Positions 8,379-16,918 of a stretch of 32,000 nucleotides of DNA are shown piece by piece. Numbering within the stretch: position 1 is the first letter of the stretch; each line of letters starts with the position of its first letter. Under the pieces are notes generated by a model. It ran no database searches. It was not told the origin of the DNA and was given only the letters and a program-made list of their open reading frames with translations. Source of the DNA: Candidatus Thalassarchaeaceae archaeon (lineage in GTDB: Archaea > Thermoplasmatota > Poseidoniia > Poseidoniales > Thalassarchaeaceae); contig JBJLBP010000001.1 in NCBI GenBank assembly GCA_045568075.1, forward strand, positions 690,001-722,000, read 5' to 3'. The position numbers and the translations under genes are program-made.

Positions 8379-9494
8379 TTGCCTGATTGGATAAATCTGT
8401 CATTTGCCAATGTTGCGACCACCTCTCCGGTAGCACACAAGGCCTCGATGGAGTGGTCAAATGCTCTGGCTAGAGGGGGAGCAGCGGAATTCGATGGCGA
8501 GGCCGAAAAGAATGGCATGATGCCTCTGAGGAGGGCTGCAGCCAGACTGCTTTCTTGCGAACTTGAGGATATCTGTGTAGGCTCCAGCGCGACCGAGTTA
8601 CTCTGCTCGATTGCTTGGGCGGTCTCTCCAGAGAGGGGTAGTAATATCGTATCCACGAGGGCTTCATTCCCTTCGACGGTCTATCCTTGGTCAAGGGTTG
8701 CAGATGCTAACGGGGCTGAGGTGAGGCTGGCAGATCACGACTCCGATCTCTACACCGACCCAGAAGACATCATCTCCCTAATCGATGAGAGAACCTCAGT
8801 AGTCACACTCTCTCATGTAGAGTATTCTAGCGGTCAGAGGTATGACCTGAGCCGATTTGCCAAAGCCGCACACTCGGTGGGTGCGTTACTAGTGGTCGAC
8901 GCCACGCAGTCGTTGGGAATGGTGCCAATAGAAGCGGCCAAAACTGGGGCTGATGCGATTGTCTCATCTGGCTACAAGTGGCTGCGTGGAACCTATGGGG
9001 CAGCCGTTGGTTACATCTCTCCCTCTGTACGGCCGCATCTCTATCCTGGTCTCTTGGGTTTCAGGAGCCATGACGATATCTGGGACCTGCAAGCCGATAG
9101 ATTGACTCTACCTGATGATGCCAGCCGCTTCGAGTATACTACCATACACTTTGGAGCCGTATTGGGGCTGGCCGCAGCGGTGGATGAGATCTACGAAATT
9201 GGCCCGGAGAAGGTATGGGCTCATGATATCGGCCTAGCGGACAAGGTTATCGAGGGAGCAAATAGGCTTGGACTCAGCATCGTCTCCCCGATGTCGGAAG
9301 ACGAGAGAAGTGCCATAGTTAGTTTGAGAATGCCCGAGGGAGTAAGCAGTGAGAACATCGCTCGTAGACTCCAGGACGAGCACTCGATTCTAGTCACCAG
9401 CAGAGCCGGGCTATTACGCGTGTCTCCTCACATCGACAACTCTGAGGAGGAAGTCGAGATGCTGTTCGATGCCCTAGAGATATTACTACCATAG
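8379..9494 (+). CDS. Class-V (fold type I) PLP-dependent aminotransferase / cysteine-desulfurase-like enzyme
   Basis: DATQSLG and SSGYKWLRGTYG (putative PLP lysine) at typical spacing, with the size expected for the family. The track start is TTG, so the true start is uncertain. The specific reaction is unknown. Confidence 0.8.
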   Translation: MPDWINLSFANVATTSPVAHKASMEWSNALARGGAAEFDGEAEKNGMMPLRRAAARLLSCELEDICVGSSATELLCSIAWAVSPERGSNIVSTRASFPSTVYPWSRVADANGAEVRLADHDSDLYTDPEDIISLIDERTSVVTLSHVEYSSGQRYDLSRFAKAAHSVGALLVVDATQSLGMVPIEAAKTGADAIVSSGYKWLRGTYGAAVGYISPSVRPHLYPGLLGFRSHDDIWDLQADRLTLPDDASRFEYTTIHFGAVLGLAAAVDEIYEIGPEKVWAHDIGLADKVIEGANRLGLSIVSPMSEDERSAIVSLRMPEGVSSENIARRLQDEHSILVTSRAGLLRVSPHIDNSEEEVEMLFDALEILLP

Positions 9495-10097
9495 ATGGGG
9501 CTGCATGATTGCTGCAGCGATTATGAACATAATACTGGCTATTGAGAGGTCGATATATCTCCAGGCCTTGGGCTTGTTCAGAACCTCTGAGAGACTCCTA
9601 GCTCCGTAACCGAGCGAGAAGAAGAACACGAATGAGGCGGTGGCAGCACCGATTCCGAAGGCAAGCCTATCATCCCCGAGATACCTGCTTGAGGTGCCTC
9701 CAATCAACAGTAAGGTGTCTACATACACATGCGGATTGAGGAATGTGAAAGCTGCGGCTGCGGCTATCGTTGGAGCAAGATCACTTTCTCCCTCCCCCTC
9801 TGTAGACATCCCGACGGGGCTAATTGCGGATTTTATTCTCAATAATCCATAACTAATCAAGAATATCGATGCTCCGATTGCTATCATAAATTCCGCTCCC
9901 TCAATTCCTGCTAGTATACTCCCCACACCGAGGACTCCTGCTGTAATTAGTAGGGCATCGAATACTGAACATGCCAAGCATACAGCAAATACATGAGATC
10001 GCATTAGGCCCTGTCTCATTACGAAGACATTTTGCGGTCCTAGAGCCAATATTAGCCCAATGCTCAGAGCGAAGCCCTCCAAAGCCGAGTCTAACAT
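9486..10097 (-). CDS. LysE/ArgO-family basic amino-acid exporter
   Basis: 203 aa with about 6 TM segments. The N-terminal LGLILALGPQNVFVMRQGL is the LysE/ArgO signature. Its 3' end overlaps the convergent aminotransferase by 9 nt. Confidence 0.85.
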   Translation of the reverse strand: MLDSALEGFALSIGLILALGPQNVFVMRQGLMRSHVFAVCLACSVFDALLITAGVLGVGSILAGIEGAEFMIAIGASIFLISYGLLRIKSAISPVGMSTEGEGESDLAPTIAAAAAFTFLNPHVYVDTLLLIGGTSSRYLGDDRLAFGIGAATASFVFFFSLGYGARSLSEVLNKPKAWRYIDLSIASIMFIIAAAIMQPHLW

Positions 10098-10179
10098 GAA
10101 AACTCCTCACGGGCTATGTTGAAAATCGTTGAGGCGTTACGTAATCAGACAAACGGATGAATACGAAGAATCAAGCAAC

Positions 10180-10201
10180 CGAATCGGGACTTGCCGATTC
10201 G
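10180..10201 (-). terminator. Hairpin 13 nt downstream of rpl40e (8-bp perfect stem CGAATCGG / CCGATTCG, 6-nt loop)
   Basis: Read directly. On the minus strand it is followed by the moderately T-rich GTTGCTTGATTCTTCG. A terminator function is inferred. Confidence 0.3.
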
Positions 10202-10213
10202 ATTCTGTTTCAA

Positions 10214-10369
10214 TCAAACCTTACGACGCTCGGCAGCCTTCAAGCGAAGACCTGTGTAACCGCACTTACGGCATACGCGGACCTTGGTGCCGCGGTGGGT
10301 GGCGCTGCACTTCATGCAGATCCACTTCTTCAGGAGGCGAGCCTCGGCCTCGGGAAAGCGCTGAGCCAT
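10214..10369 (-). CDS. rpl40e: 50S ribosomal protein L40e
   Basis: [51 protein letters not shown], 51 aa with a C4 zinc ribbon (CxxC...CxxC). The ATG is at 10369-10367. The 112-aa track ORF (10214..10552) is a 5' over-extension that runs into the purA start. Confidence 0.9.
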   Translation of the reverse strand: MAQRFPEAEARLLKKWICMKCSATHRGTKVRVCRKCGYTGLRLKAAERRKV

Positions 10370-10477
10370 ACAGGCGCGCCGACCTGACTCCCCTTCATAA
10401 TCCATTCCCAACACAAACCGGCCGCTGAACGTCAGGCGTAGTCTGACCAATGGGTTCATACACCCTCCACAGAGCCA

Positions 10478-11833
10478 TTGACTACGGTGCCTGCGACCGT
10501 TATACTCGGAGCCCAGTGGGGCGATGAAGGGAAAGGCAAGGCCATAGACCAACTAGCCCCTCAATCGACGTGGGCTGTTCGCTTCCAAGGAGGCAATAAT
10601 GCAGGCCATACAATCGTCGTCGGAGACACCACTCTCAAGCTTCACCAGATTCCTTCGGGAGTGACTGCGAAACACTGCAATCTGGTTCTTGGCGATGGTA
10701 TGGTTATCGATCCGTGGGTACTGGATGAAGAGCTCGGTCGGTGGGAGGATCTCACGGGTGAGAAGCCCGATGGCGAGCGACTATTCATCAGTGAGAGAGC
10801 CAGTGTAATCCTTCCTTTCCATCGATTGTACGATGGTGCTGACAAGGTTGTTGGGACCACTGGTCGTGGAATAGGTCCAGCTTATCGTGACCGGATTGAG
10901 CGGGTCGGCATTCGATTTGCTGACATCCCAGGTGTACTTGCCGATCCGAAGCGAATTAAGCAGACGATTTCAAGGATGAATTCGCAACTCAAGACTGTCA
11001 AGGTTGAGACTGAAGTTAGTGCTGATGAACTGACCGCAGACCTACAATGGATTCTCGATAGGTTTGGTCAAGCGATTAGGCCGACTGGTCTGATGGTCGA
11101 CCTGGCTCTACGCAACGGTGAGAATGTACTTCTCGAAGGCGCACAGGGTGCTATGCTGGATATCGACCAGGGGACCTATCCTTTCGTGACCTCAAGCGTG
11201 GTCGGTCGGGCGAATGCCAGCCACGGGGCAGGCATTCATCCCGGACACGTCACCGAGTGCTTCGGTATCACCAAGGCATACTGCACTCGAGTAGGCAACG
11301 GTCCATTCCCTACTGAACTCTCTCTCGAAGAGGGTCCGGGTCACCACATGGCGCAGATAGGACACGAGTTTGGTACGACAACAGGAAGACCTCGACGCAC
11401 TGGCTGGCTCGACATTGTTGCTCTCAAGGACGCCGACCGCACTAGCGGCTACTCAGGACTCGTCGTAACCAAACTCGACGTGCTCGGCGGACTTGATGAA
11501 ATCAAGATATGCGTCGGTTACGAACTCGACGGCAAGCCCATTTCTTACGTCCCAACACTTGCCGAAGATCTCGATCGCTGCGTCGCTGTCTACGAGACTC
11601 ATTCAGGATTTCCAGCCATGTCTGACGAGGATTGGATCGACATGGCTGAGCGTAGCCGCACTGAAGGTAGCGGCTTCGCAGCGATGCCCGATGCGGTCAG
11701 AAACATTGTCGATCGCATCGAGCAACTGAGCGGAATTTCAGTTGTTTGCGTCGGAGTTGGACCAGACCGCAGGGCTTCGATAGCACGTAAGGATGGGCCG
11801 TTCGACATCGCATGGGGCGAGGCAACCTTCTAA
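10478..11833 (+). CDS. purA: Adenylosuccinate synthetase
   Basis: The [12 protein letters not shown]-loop, [18 protein letters not shown] and GTTTGRPRR. The start is TTG 10478 or GTG 10487. Confidence 0.95.
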   Translation: MTTVPATVILGAQWGDEGKGKAIDQLAPQSTWAVRFQGGNNAGHTIVVGDTTLKLHQIPSGVTAKHCNLVLGDGMVIDPWVLDEELGRWEDLTGEKPDGERLFISERASVILPFHRLYDGADKVVGTTGRGIGPAYRDRIERVGIRFADIPGVLADPKRIKQTISRMNSQLKTVKVETEVSADELTADLQWILDRFGQAIRPTGLMVDLALRNGENVLLEGAQGAMLDIDQGTYPFVTSSVVGRANASHGAGIHPGHVTECFGITKAYCTRVGNGPFPTELSLEEGPGHHMAQIGHEFGTTTGRPRRTGWLDIVALKDADRTSGYSGLVVTKLDVLGGLDEIKICVGYELDGKPISYVPTLAEDLDRCVAVYETHSGFPAMSDEDWIDMAERSRTEGSGFAAMPDAVRNIVDRIEQLSGISVVCVGVGPDRRASIARKDGPFDIAWGEATF

Positions 11834-11856
11834 TCGGTATGCAGGTGGGGCAAATC

Positions 11857-12147
11857 ATGGGATTCAAGTCCAAGGCACGCAAGAAGCGAGCAGCCGCGGA
11901 TGCAGCAGCCGGAAGAACCGGTAAGCGCGAGAAAGAGGAATTTGTCGGTGAAGTCCGCTGTGATGTTGCCGGCTGCGAGAATTTTGCTGACAAGAAAATT
12001 GGCGGACGCAGACTAGCTTACGATCGTGCTGCTGAAGTTTGGGGCGAGGCCGGTATTGAGGGGCAGTCTCGTCGTATCTCGATCTGCAAGGCCCACTATC
12101 GCGAGTGGAAGAAGGCCACGAAAGACGACTTTGATGAGTGGTCGTAA
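11857..12147 (+). CDS. Small basic Cys/His protein, unknown function (possible zinc-binding nucleic-acid-binding protein)
   Basis: MGFKSKARKKRAAADAAAGRTGKREKEE... then CDVAGCENF...SICKAHYREWKK. ATG 11857 is preceded by AGGTGGGG. I recognise no family. Confidence 0.5.
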   Translation: MGFKSKARKKRAAADAAAGRTGKREKEEFVGEVRCDVAGCENFADKKIGGRRLAYDRAAEVWGEAGIEGQSRRISICKAHYREWKKATKDDFDEWS

Positions 12148-12165
12148 TAGCGATTCGGTGGCCGA

Positions 12166-12537
12166 ATGAATTCAGAAATTCACACGGTCCCCCGTGTCGT
12201 ATCAATTTTTTTAGGACTATTCTTCATGTCCTTCGGATTACCTTTTGCTCTCGTACCATTCATGATGATTAGCGATGGGGTTATTGATCCAAATTATCCG
12301 TTTGAATCACTCTTTATGTTGGCATTCTCATCTCCTTTTTTCCTCGCAGGAACAGGCATTATGTACATGGGTGCCAGGGCAGTCTTGATGGGTATTAGAG
12401 GCGAAGAAACAACTCCTGATGCAAAATTTGTACATCCTGAATTAGTAGATGAGCCTGAATCTCAAATTGATATCGATAAATTCGACCCACCGGAGCCCGG
12501 AGAAGAGGGCTGGTGGGAGGAAGAAAGCGATTCTTGA
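12166..12537 (+). CDS. Hypothetical small membrane protein (2 TM helices, acidic C-terminal tail)
   Basis: Hydrophobic segments VVSIFLGLFFMSFGLPFALVPFMMI and LFMLAFSSPFFLAGTGIMYMGA. The tail is DEPESQIDIDKFDPPEPGEEGWWEEESDS. I recognise no family. Confidence 0.5.
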   Translation: MNSEIHTVPRVVSIFLGLFFMSFGLPFALVPFMMISDGVIDPNYPFESLFMLAFSSPFFLAGTGIMYMGARAVLMGIRGEETTPDAKFVHPELVDEPESQIDIDKFDPPEPGEEGWWEEESDS

Positions 12538-12582
12538 ATGTGAATCGGGATACGCAATTTTGTTAGAGGCGATTCCTTACGA

Positions 12583-14211
12583 ATGCTCATGCCCAGTCAT
12601 CCGATTAACGAACCGATACTCGGATATGCTCCGGGAAGTGAGGAAAGAAGAGCACTTCAAGCAGAGTTAGATCGTCAGATGGCAGAGGTAGTAGAGATAC
12701 CATGTATCATCAATGGCGAAGAAGTCTACACTGGAACCACGACGACACAGGTAATCCCTCACAAGCACGGTCACGTCATCGCCAATGTCCACTTGGCTGG
12801 AAGAGATGAGATGGAGGCGGCCTGCGAGGCTGCAGTAAATGCTCAGCAGGCATGGATCGATATTGGTCTCGAGGCCCGATGCGCCATTTTTGAGCGCTGC
12901 GCGGACTTACTTGCGGGTGACTGGCGCATGCGCGTCAATGCATCTACGATGTTGAATCAGTCGAAGACGGCTTTCCAAGCCGAGATAGACGCCGCTTGCG
13001 AACTAATCGATTTCTGGCGCTTCAATTGTCATTACGCGCGTGGATTCCACGATGATTTCCAGCCTCTGGTATCGCCAGAGGGTGTGCAGAACTCCACAGA
13101 GATTCGTCCGCTGGAAGGATTCGTACTCTCGATTACTCCGTTCAATTTCTCTAGCATTGCAGCAAATTTACCCAGTGCCCCAGCGATTGTTGGCTGCACC
13201 GGAGTTTGGAAGCCCAGCCGCAATTCCTACCACTCAAATTACGTCCTTATGCAACTGATGATGGAAGCTGGTTTACCAGCCGGAGTCATCAACTTCCTGC
13301 CCGGCTCAGGCGCTGAAATCACCGAGGTAGCGTTAGCAAACCCCAACTTCGCCGGCCTACATTTCACTGGCTCGACAGGAACATTCCAAGGACTCTGGCA
13401 AGAGATTGGCCTCGCTCTTCCTAGACTCAATTCCTACCCACGAATAGTAGGAGAAACCGGTGGTAAGGACTTCATCGTCGCTCATCCAGATTGTGACCGC
13501 CAAGGCCTCATTGTCGCTTTACTGCGCGGCTCTTTTGAGTATCAAGGCCAGAAGTGCTCAGCTGCTAGCCGAGCTTATATCGCTCGTTCAGTATGGGATG
13601 CAATCCGCGACGATCTTGTCGCTGAGATCTCCAAAATCAAGATGGGTGACGCCCGAGATTTCACAAATTTCATGACAGCGGTAATCGACAAGCGAGCGTT
13701 CGAAAAGATTGCTGGCTACATTGACCGAGCCAAGGGCCGCAGCTGCTGCACAGTCCTCTGCGGCGGCGGTTACGACGACTCGGTCGGCTACTTCATCGAA
13801 CCAACAATCATTGAGACGACCAACTCAACGAGTGAGAGCATGGTCGAGGAAATATTCGGTCCAGTCCTCACAGTCTATGTCTACGAAGATAACGAGTTCG
13901 ACGAGGTTCTAACCATGTGTGATGAGGCTTCACCATACGCACTCACTGGAAGCATTTTCTCAAGCAGTGAAGAGAACATCCAGAAGGCCTTCAATGCACT
14001 TCGATTTACCGCAGGAAATTTCTACATCAACGACAAGCCGACTGGCGCAGTCGTTGCACAGCAGCCATTCGGTGGTGCCCGCGCATCAGGAACCAACGAC
14101 AAGGCGGGCGGACCTCTGAACCTACTAAGATGGATTAGCCCACGCTCAGTCAAGCGCACACTAGACATCCCACAGGATTGGACTTACCCATTCCTCGGTG
14201 CGGACGAGTGA
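12583..14211 (+). CDS. pruA: 1-pyrroline-5-carboxylate (L-glutamate gamma-semialdehyde) dehydrogenase, ALDH superfamily
   Basis: VGETGGKDF (catalytic Glu region), FEYQGQKCSAASR (catalytic Cys in the P5CDH-type context) and the N-terminal NEPILGYAPGSEER are typical of the P5CDH subfamily. Confidence 0.9.
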   Translation: MLMPSHPINEPILGYAPGSEERRALQAELDRQMAEVVEIPCIINGEEVYTGTTTTQVIPHKHGHVIANVHLAGRDEMEAACEAAVNAQQAWIDIGLEARCAIFERCADLLAGDWRMRVNASTMLNQSKTAFQAEIDAACELIDFWRFNCHYARGFHDDFQPLVSPEGVQNSTEIRPLEGFVLSITPFNFSSIAANLPSAPAIVGCTGVWKPSRNSYHSNYVLMQLMMEAGLPAGVINFLPGSGAEITEVALANPNFAGLHFTGSTGTFQGLWQEIGLALPRLNSYPRIVGETGGKDFIVAHPDCDRQGLIVALLRGSFEYQGQKCSAASRAYIARSVWDAIRDDLVAEISKIKMGDARDFTNFMTAVIDKRAFEKIAGYIDRAKGRSCCTVLCGGGYDDSVGYFIEPTIIETTNSTSESMVEEIFGPVLTVYVYEDNEFDEVLTMCDEASPYALTGSIFSSSEENIQKAFNALRFTAGNFYINDKPTGAVVAQQPFGGARASGTNDKAGGPLNLLRWISPRSVKRTLDIPQDWTYPFLGADE

Positions 14212-14231
14212 AGCTTTTCCTCACTTTTGTA

Positions 14232-14263
14232 AATCAAATCCTCTATGAAAAGTTGATTTGATT
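14232..14263 (+). other. 9-bp perfect inverted repeat AATCAAATC / GATTTGATT with a 14-nt loop, between pruA and the symporter
   Basis: Read directly (14232-14240 pairs with 14255-14263). It lies 21 nt after the pruA stop. No T-run follows, so a terminator and an operator are equally open. Confidence 0.3.
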
Positions 14264-14365
14264 CCTCCCTCCAACTCAATTCACTGGGGAGCTTAGTGCT
14301 GAGAGGTCGCCGCAAGGTGACGACCCATGAACCTGAACTGGGTAATGCCAGCGGAGGGAGGAGAA

Positions 14366-15829
14366 ATGGAAACAAATACCGCATATTTGTTGATGACCTG
14401 CACGTTGATCGCTTTCGGATACGTTGGGTATCAGGCATCGTATGGGAAAGACTTGGATGCTGATTCGTATCTATCTGCCCGAGGGACACAGAGTTGGCAG
14501 AGAATTGGTCTCAGCCTCTTTGCTTCGGGAATGGGAATTTGGATTCTATTTGCTCCCTCGGAGGTCGGCTACTACGGCGGATTCTGGGATGTAGTCGGAT
14601 ATGCAGTCTCGGCCGCGACACCATTCCTGCTCCTGGCCTATGTTGGCCCTATGATTCGCGAGAGGCTGCCTTCAGGAGTCACACTCGCCGACTATGTCCG
14701 TATTCGTCTAGGCAGACCGATGCAAGTCTATGTCGGACTAATCTCAGTGCTCTACATGTTCACCTTCCTTTTTGCCGAATTTACAGCTATAGGAAAGGCG
14801 ATGGACACCCTTTCTGACATGGAACCACTAATCCCCATGGCAATGGTGGGAATAGTAACTGCAGCATACATCTCGCAAGGAGGGCTCCCTGCATCTCTGG
14901 CAACTGACCGTGTGCAAGCATGGACAATCATGTTCCTCGTTGTGGCATTGCTGTTGGTCCTGTTCGGAGGGGATTTCAACGGCCTCATTGCCGATGCCAA
15001 GGCATACAATCCCGAAGACTCCTGGAGCATTGGCTCAATGTCAGACATGGATTCATTCCAATCCGGACTAGCTCTGGTTGTGGCGATCACCGCTGCCGAG
15101 ATGTTCTCTCAGGGCAATTGGCAGCGGGCTTGGGCGTCCGAGTCGGACGAGGCCCTGACCAAGGGAGCTTGGCTAGCTGCGGGGCTTGTATTGCCACTGG
15201 TCTTCGTCATGGGTGTTCTCGGGACGGTGGTCGCCGGGCAGGGTGCAGTGGACGATCCTTCTGCAGCCTTCTTCTATCTCATCGAGGATGCAGGAGCCCT
15301 CTTCGTTGCCGCATTCATCGTCCTTGCAGTGGCACTGGTCTGCTCAAGCGTCGATACTCTACAGAATGCTGTTGTGGCTTCGATATCGAGAGATCTCAGT
15401 GATAACAAGATGGACCTAAAGAATGCACGTTACCTTACAATCGGTCTGATTCCTGTAGCAATCTATCTGGCCACTGGCCCTACCGTTCCTTTCAGTGTCC
15501 CCATCATTGGATTGTTCACCTTCGATGCACTCGGTGTGTTTCAGATATTCCTCTTCGCCGACTTGTTAGCTGCAGCCACGGTTATGCCAGTCCTTCTCTC
15601 ACTGTGGGGCGAGGTGTCGGCCAGAGGTGCACTACTGGGTGCAGTCTGCGGGTTGCTATCCGTAGTCGCATACGGCACATTCACAGGAGATCTTGGAACA
15701 GGCATAGGGTATGTTTTCTCGCCTACAAACGAATTCGGTCTAGCGAACCTCAATGTCTTCCTTTCGGCGGTCATGGGCTCAGCACTCGTGACTGTGTTGG
15801 GTTCATACGCCCTGCCCGATGAGTCCTGA
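14366..15829 (+). CDS. Sodium:solute symporter family (SSF) transporter
   Basis: About 13 hydrophobic segments. The N-terminal SYLSARGTQSWQRIGLSLFASGMG is typical of SSF. I prefer ATG 14366, preceded by GGAGGGAGGAG, over the track start at 14327. The substrate is not determinable. Confidence 0.85.
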   Translation: METNTAYLLMTCTLIAFGYVGYQASYGKDLDADSYLSARGTQSWQRIGLSLFASGMGIWILFAPSEVGYYGGFWDVVGYAVSAATPFLLLAYVGPMIRERLPSGVTLADYVRIRLGRPMQVYVGLISVLYMFTFLFAEFTAIGKAMDTLSDMEPLIPMAMVGIVTAAYISQGGLPASLATDRVQAWTIMFLVVALLLVLFGGDFNGLIADAKAYNPEDSWSIGSMSDMDSFQSGLALVVAITAAEMFSQGNWQRAWASESDEALTKGAWLAAGLVLPLVFVMGVLGTVVAGQGAVDDPSAAFFYLIEDAGALFVAAFIVLAVALVCSSVDTLQNAVVASISRDLSDNKMDLKNARYLTIGLIPVAIYLATGPTVPFSVPIIGLFTFDALGVFQIFLFADLLAAATVMPVLLSLWGEVSARGALLGAVCGLLSVVAYGTFTGDLGTGIGYVFSPTNEFGLANLNVFLSAVMGSALVTVLGSYALPDES

Positions 15830-15832
15830 TTG

Positions 15833-15985
15833 ATGGGCGAGCCCGAGAACCCGACCAATATACCGGCTGAGAATGCCTGCAATATCGGGGCGAAGGTGTT
15901 CATCCCTGGGCTTTGCCCCGAGTGCGGCGCAGAGGTGAAAATCGAGTGGAAGAAATGCGCCGAATGTGAAAATTTGCTTGGATGA
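15833..15985 (+). CDS. Small zinc-ribbon protein (50 aa), below the ORF-track length cutoff
   Basis: My translation is MGEPENPTNIPAENACNIGAKVFIPGLCPECGAEVKIEWKKCAECENLLG, with two CxxC knuckles (CPEC, CAEC). The ATG lies 3 nt after the symporter stop. The 152-aa minus-strand ORF over the same region is a shadow of the symporter. Confidence 0.5.
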   Translation: MGEPENPTNIPAENACNIGAKVFIPGLCPECGAEVKIEWKKCAECENLLG

Positions 15986-16179
15986 CCTCTTTCATGCACT
16001 TTTACTCATTCACTTTTAGCAGATTGTGAATTCTCCTACATCGACTGATTCAAGGGGTAAATCTCCCCCGGACATCTATGAGTTCCGAGCACCCTCTTGT
16101 TGGTCAACCCCATCCTACAAGGCTACATTCGTTGCTCATGCCATGGAAAATTTGGCGCCACAGTTGGTCGCGAAGAGAA

Positions 16180-16893
16180 ATGATGAATGGTTATTGGTTC
16201 CCTTTTGAGATGTTTCTTGTCGGCATGTTTTTCGTGGCTGTTCCTTACTTTGCATCGAATAATATTGCTGCTATTTTTCTCGATACTGTGTGGGATCCTG
16301 AGATTGCCTTCGACAGGCAAATTCCAGTAATTAATTGGATGATAATACCCTATACTGTGTTGTATTTATTTTATCCTGCTACACTAATTCTAACTCCAAA
16401 AAATGACAGAGGTAGGGCAGAACTAATTATCGCTATGCAGGGCTTGATACTCATCACACTTTTCTGTGTCTTTTTCTTCATGGTACTACCTGCTGAGATA
16501 GATCTCAGGGATCAACTCGACACACACTGGATTGACAATTCTCCAAATGCCTTCGAAGAGGCACTTTTCAGTTTCATCCATACTTCAGATAATCCATGGA
16601 ATGCATGGCCGAGTTTACACATCGTCCATTCTTATTTACTCGCTAGAATGATGACTTATTGGGTTCGTAGAGAGTATTCTGAAAATTCTCTAGCCAAGGT
16701 ATTTCTTGCCGCTCTGTGGATTGAATATGCACTATTGTGTATCAGTATACTAACAACCAAGCAACACTATCTGTTCGATCTCTTTACTGGTTTTCTAACC
16801 GCTGTGTTAGCTTGGAAACTGTTTGAGTATGCATTAGGTATTGCAGAGCGCCACTCTCCTAGTAGTATTGCTGAGAGTGCTGATTGGGTCTAA
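16180..16893 (+). CDS. PAP2_3-type (Aur1/Ipt1-like) lipid phosphatase/phosphotransferase membrane protein
   Basis: WPSLHIVHSY and HYLFDLFTG are the C2 and C3 PAP2 motifs in the PSLH/HYxxD form, in a multi-TM protein. The track ORF starts at 16078. I prefer ATG 16180 because composition drops sharply only from about there (16321-16380 is 17/60 GC). Confidence 0.7.
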   Translation: MMNGYWFPFEMFLVGMFFVAVPYFASNNIAAIFLDTVWDPEIAFDRQIPVINWMIIPYTVLYLFYPATLILTPKNDRGRAELIIAMQGLILITLFCVFFFMVLPAEIDLRDQLDTHWIDNSPNAFEEALFSFIHTSDNPWNAWPSLHIVHSYLLARMMTYWVRREYSENSLAKVFLAALWIEYALLCISILTTKQHYLFDLFTGFLTAVLAWKLFEYALGIAERHSPSSIAESADWV

Positions 16894-16918
16894 TCAGTTG
16901 TACACAATATCTACTCGT

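Noticed and set aside
10370-10552. 5' extension of the 112-aa ORF containing L40e
   Set aside because: Only the last 51 codons (from ATG 10369) match L40e. The extension is unconserved-looking and runs across the purA start region.
12583-15829. P5C dehydrogenase plus SSF symporter as a proline-utilisation operon
   Set aside because: The pairing is plausible, but no proline dehydrogenase is present in the window, the symporter substrate cannot be read from the sequence, and a structured 150-nt spacer separates the genes. I left it as two independent calls.
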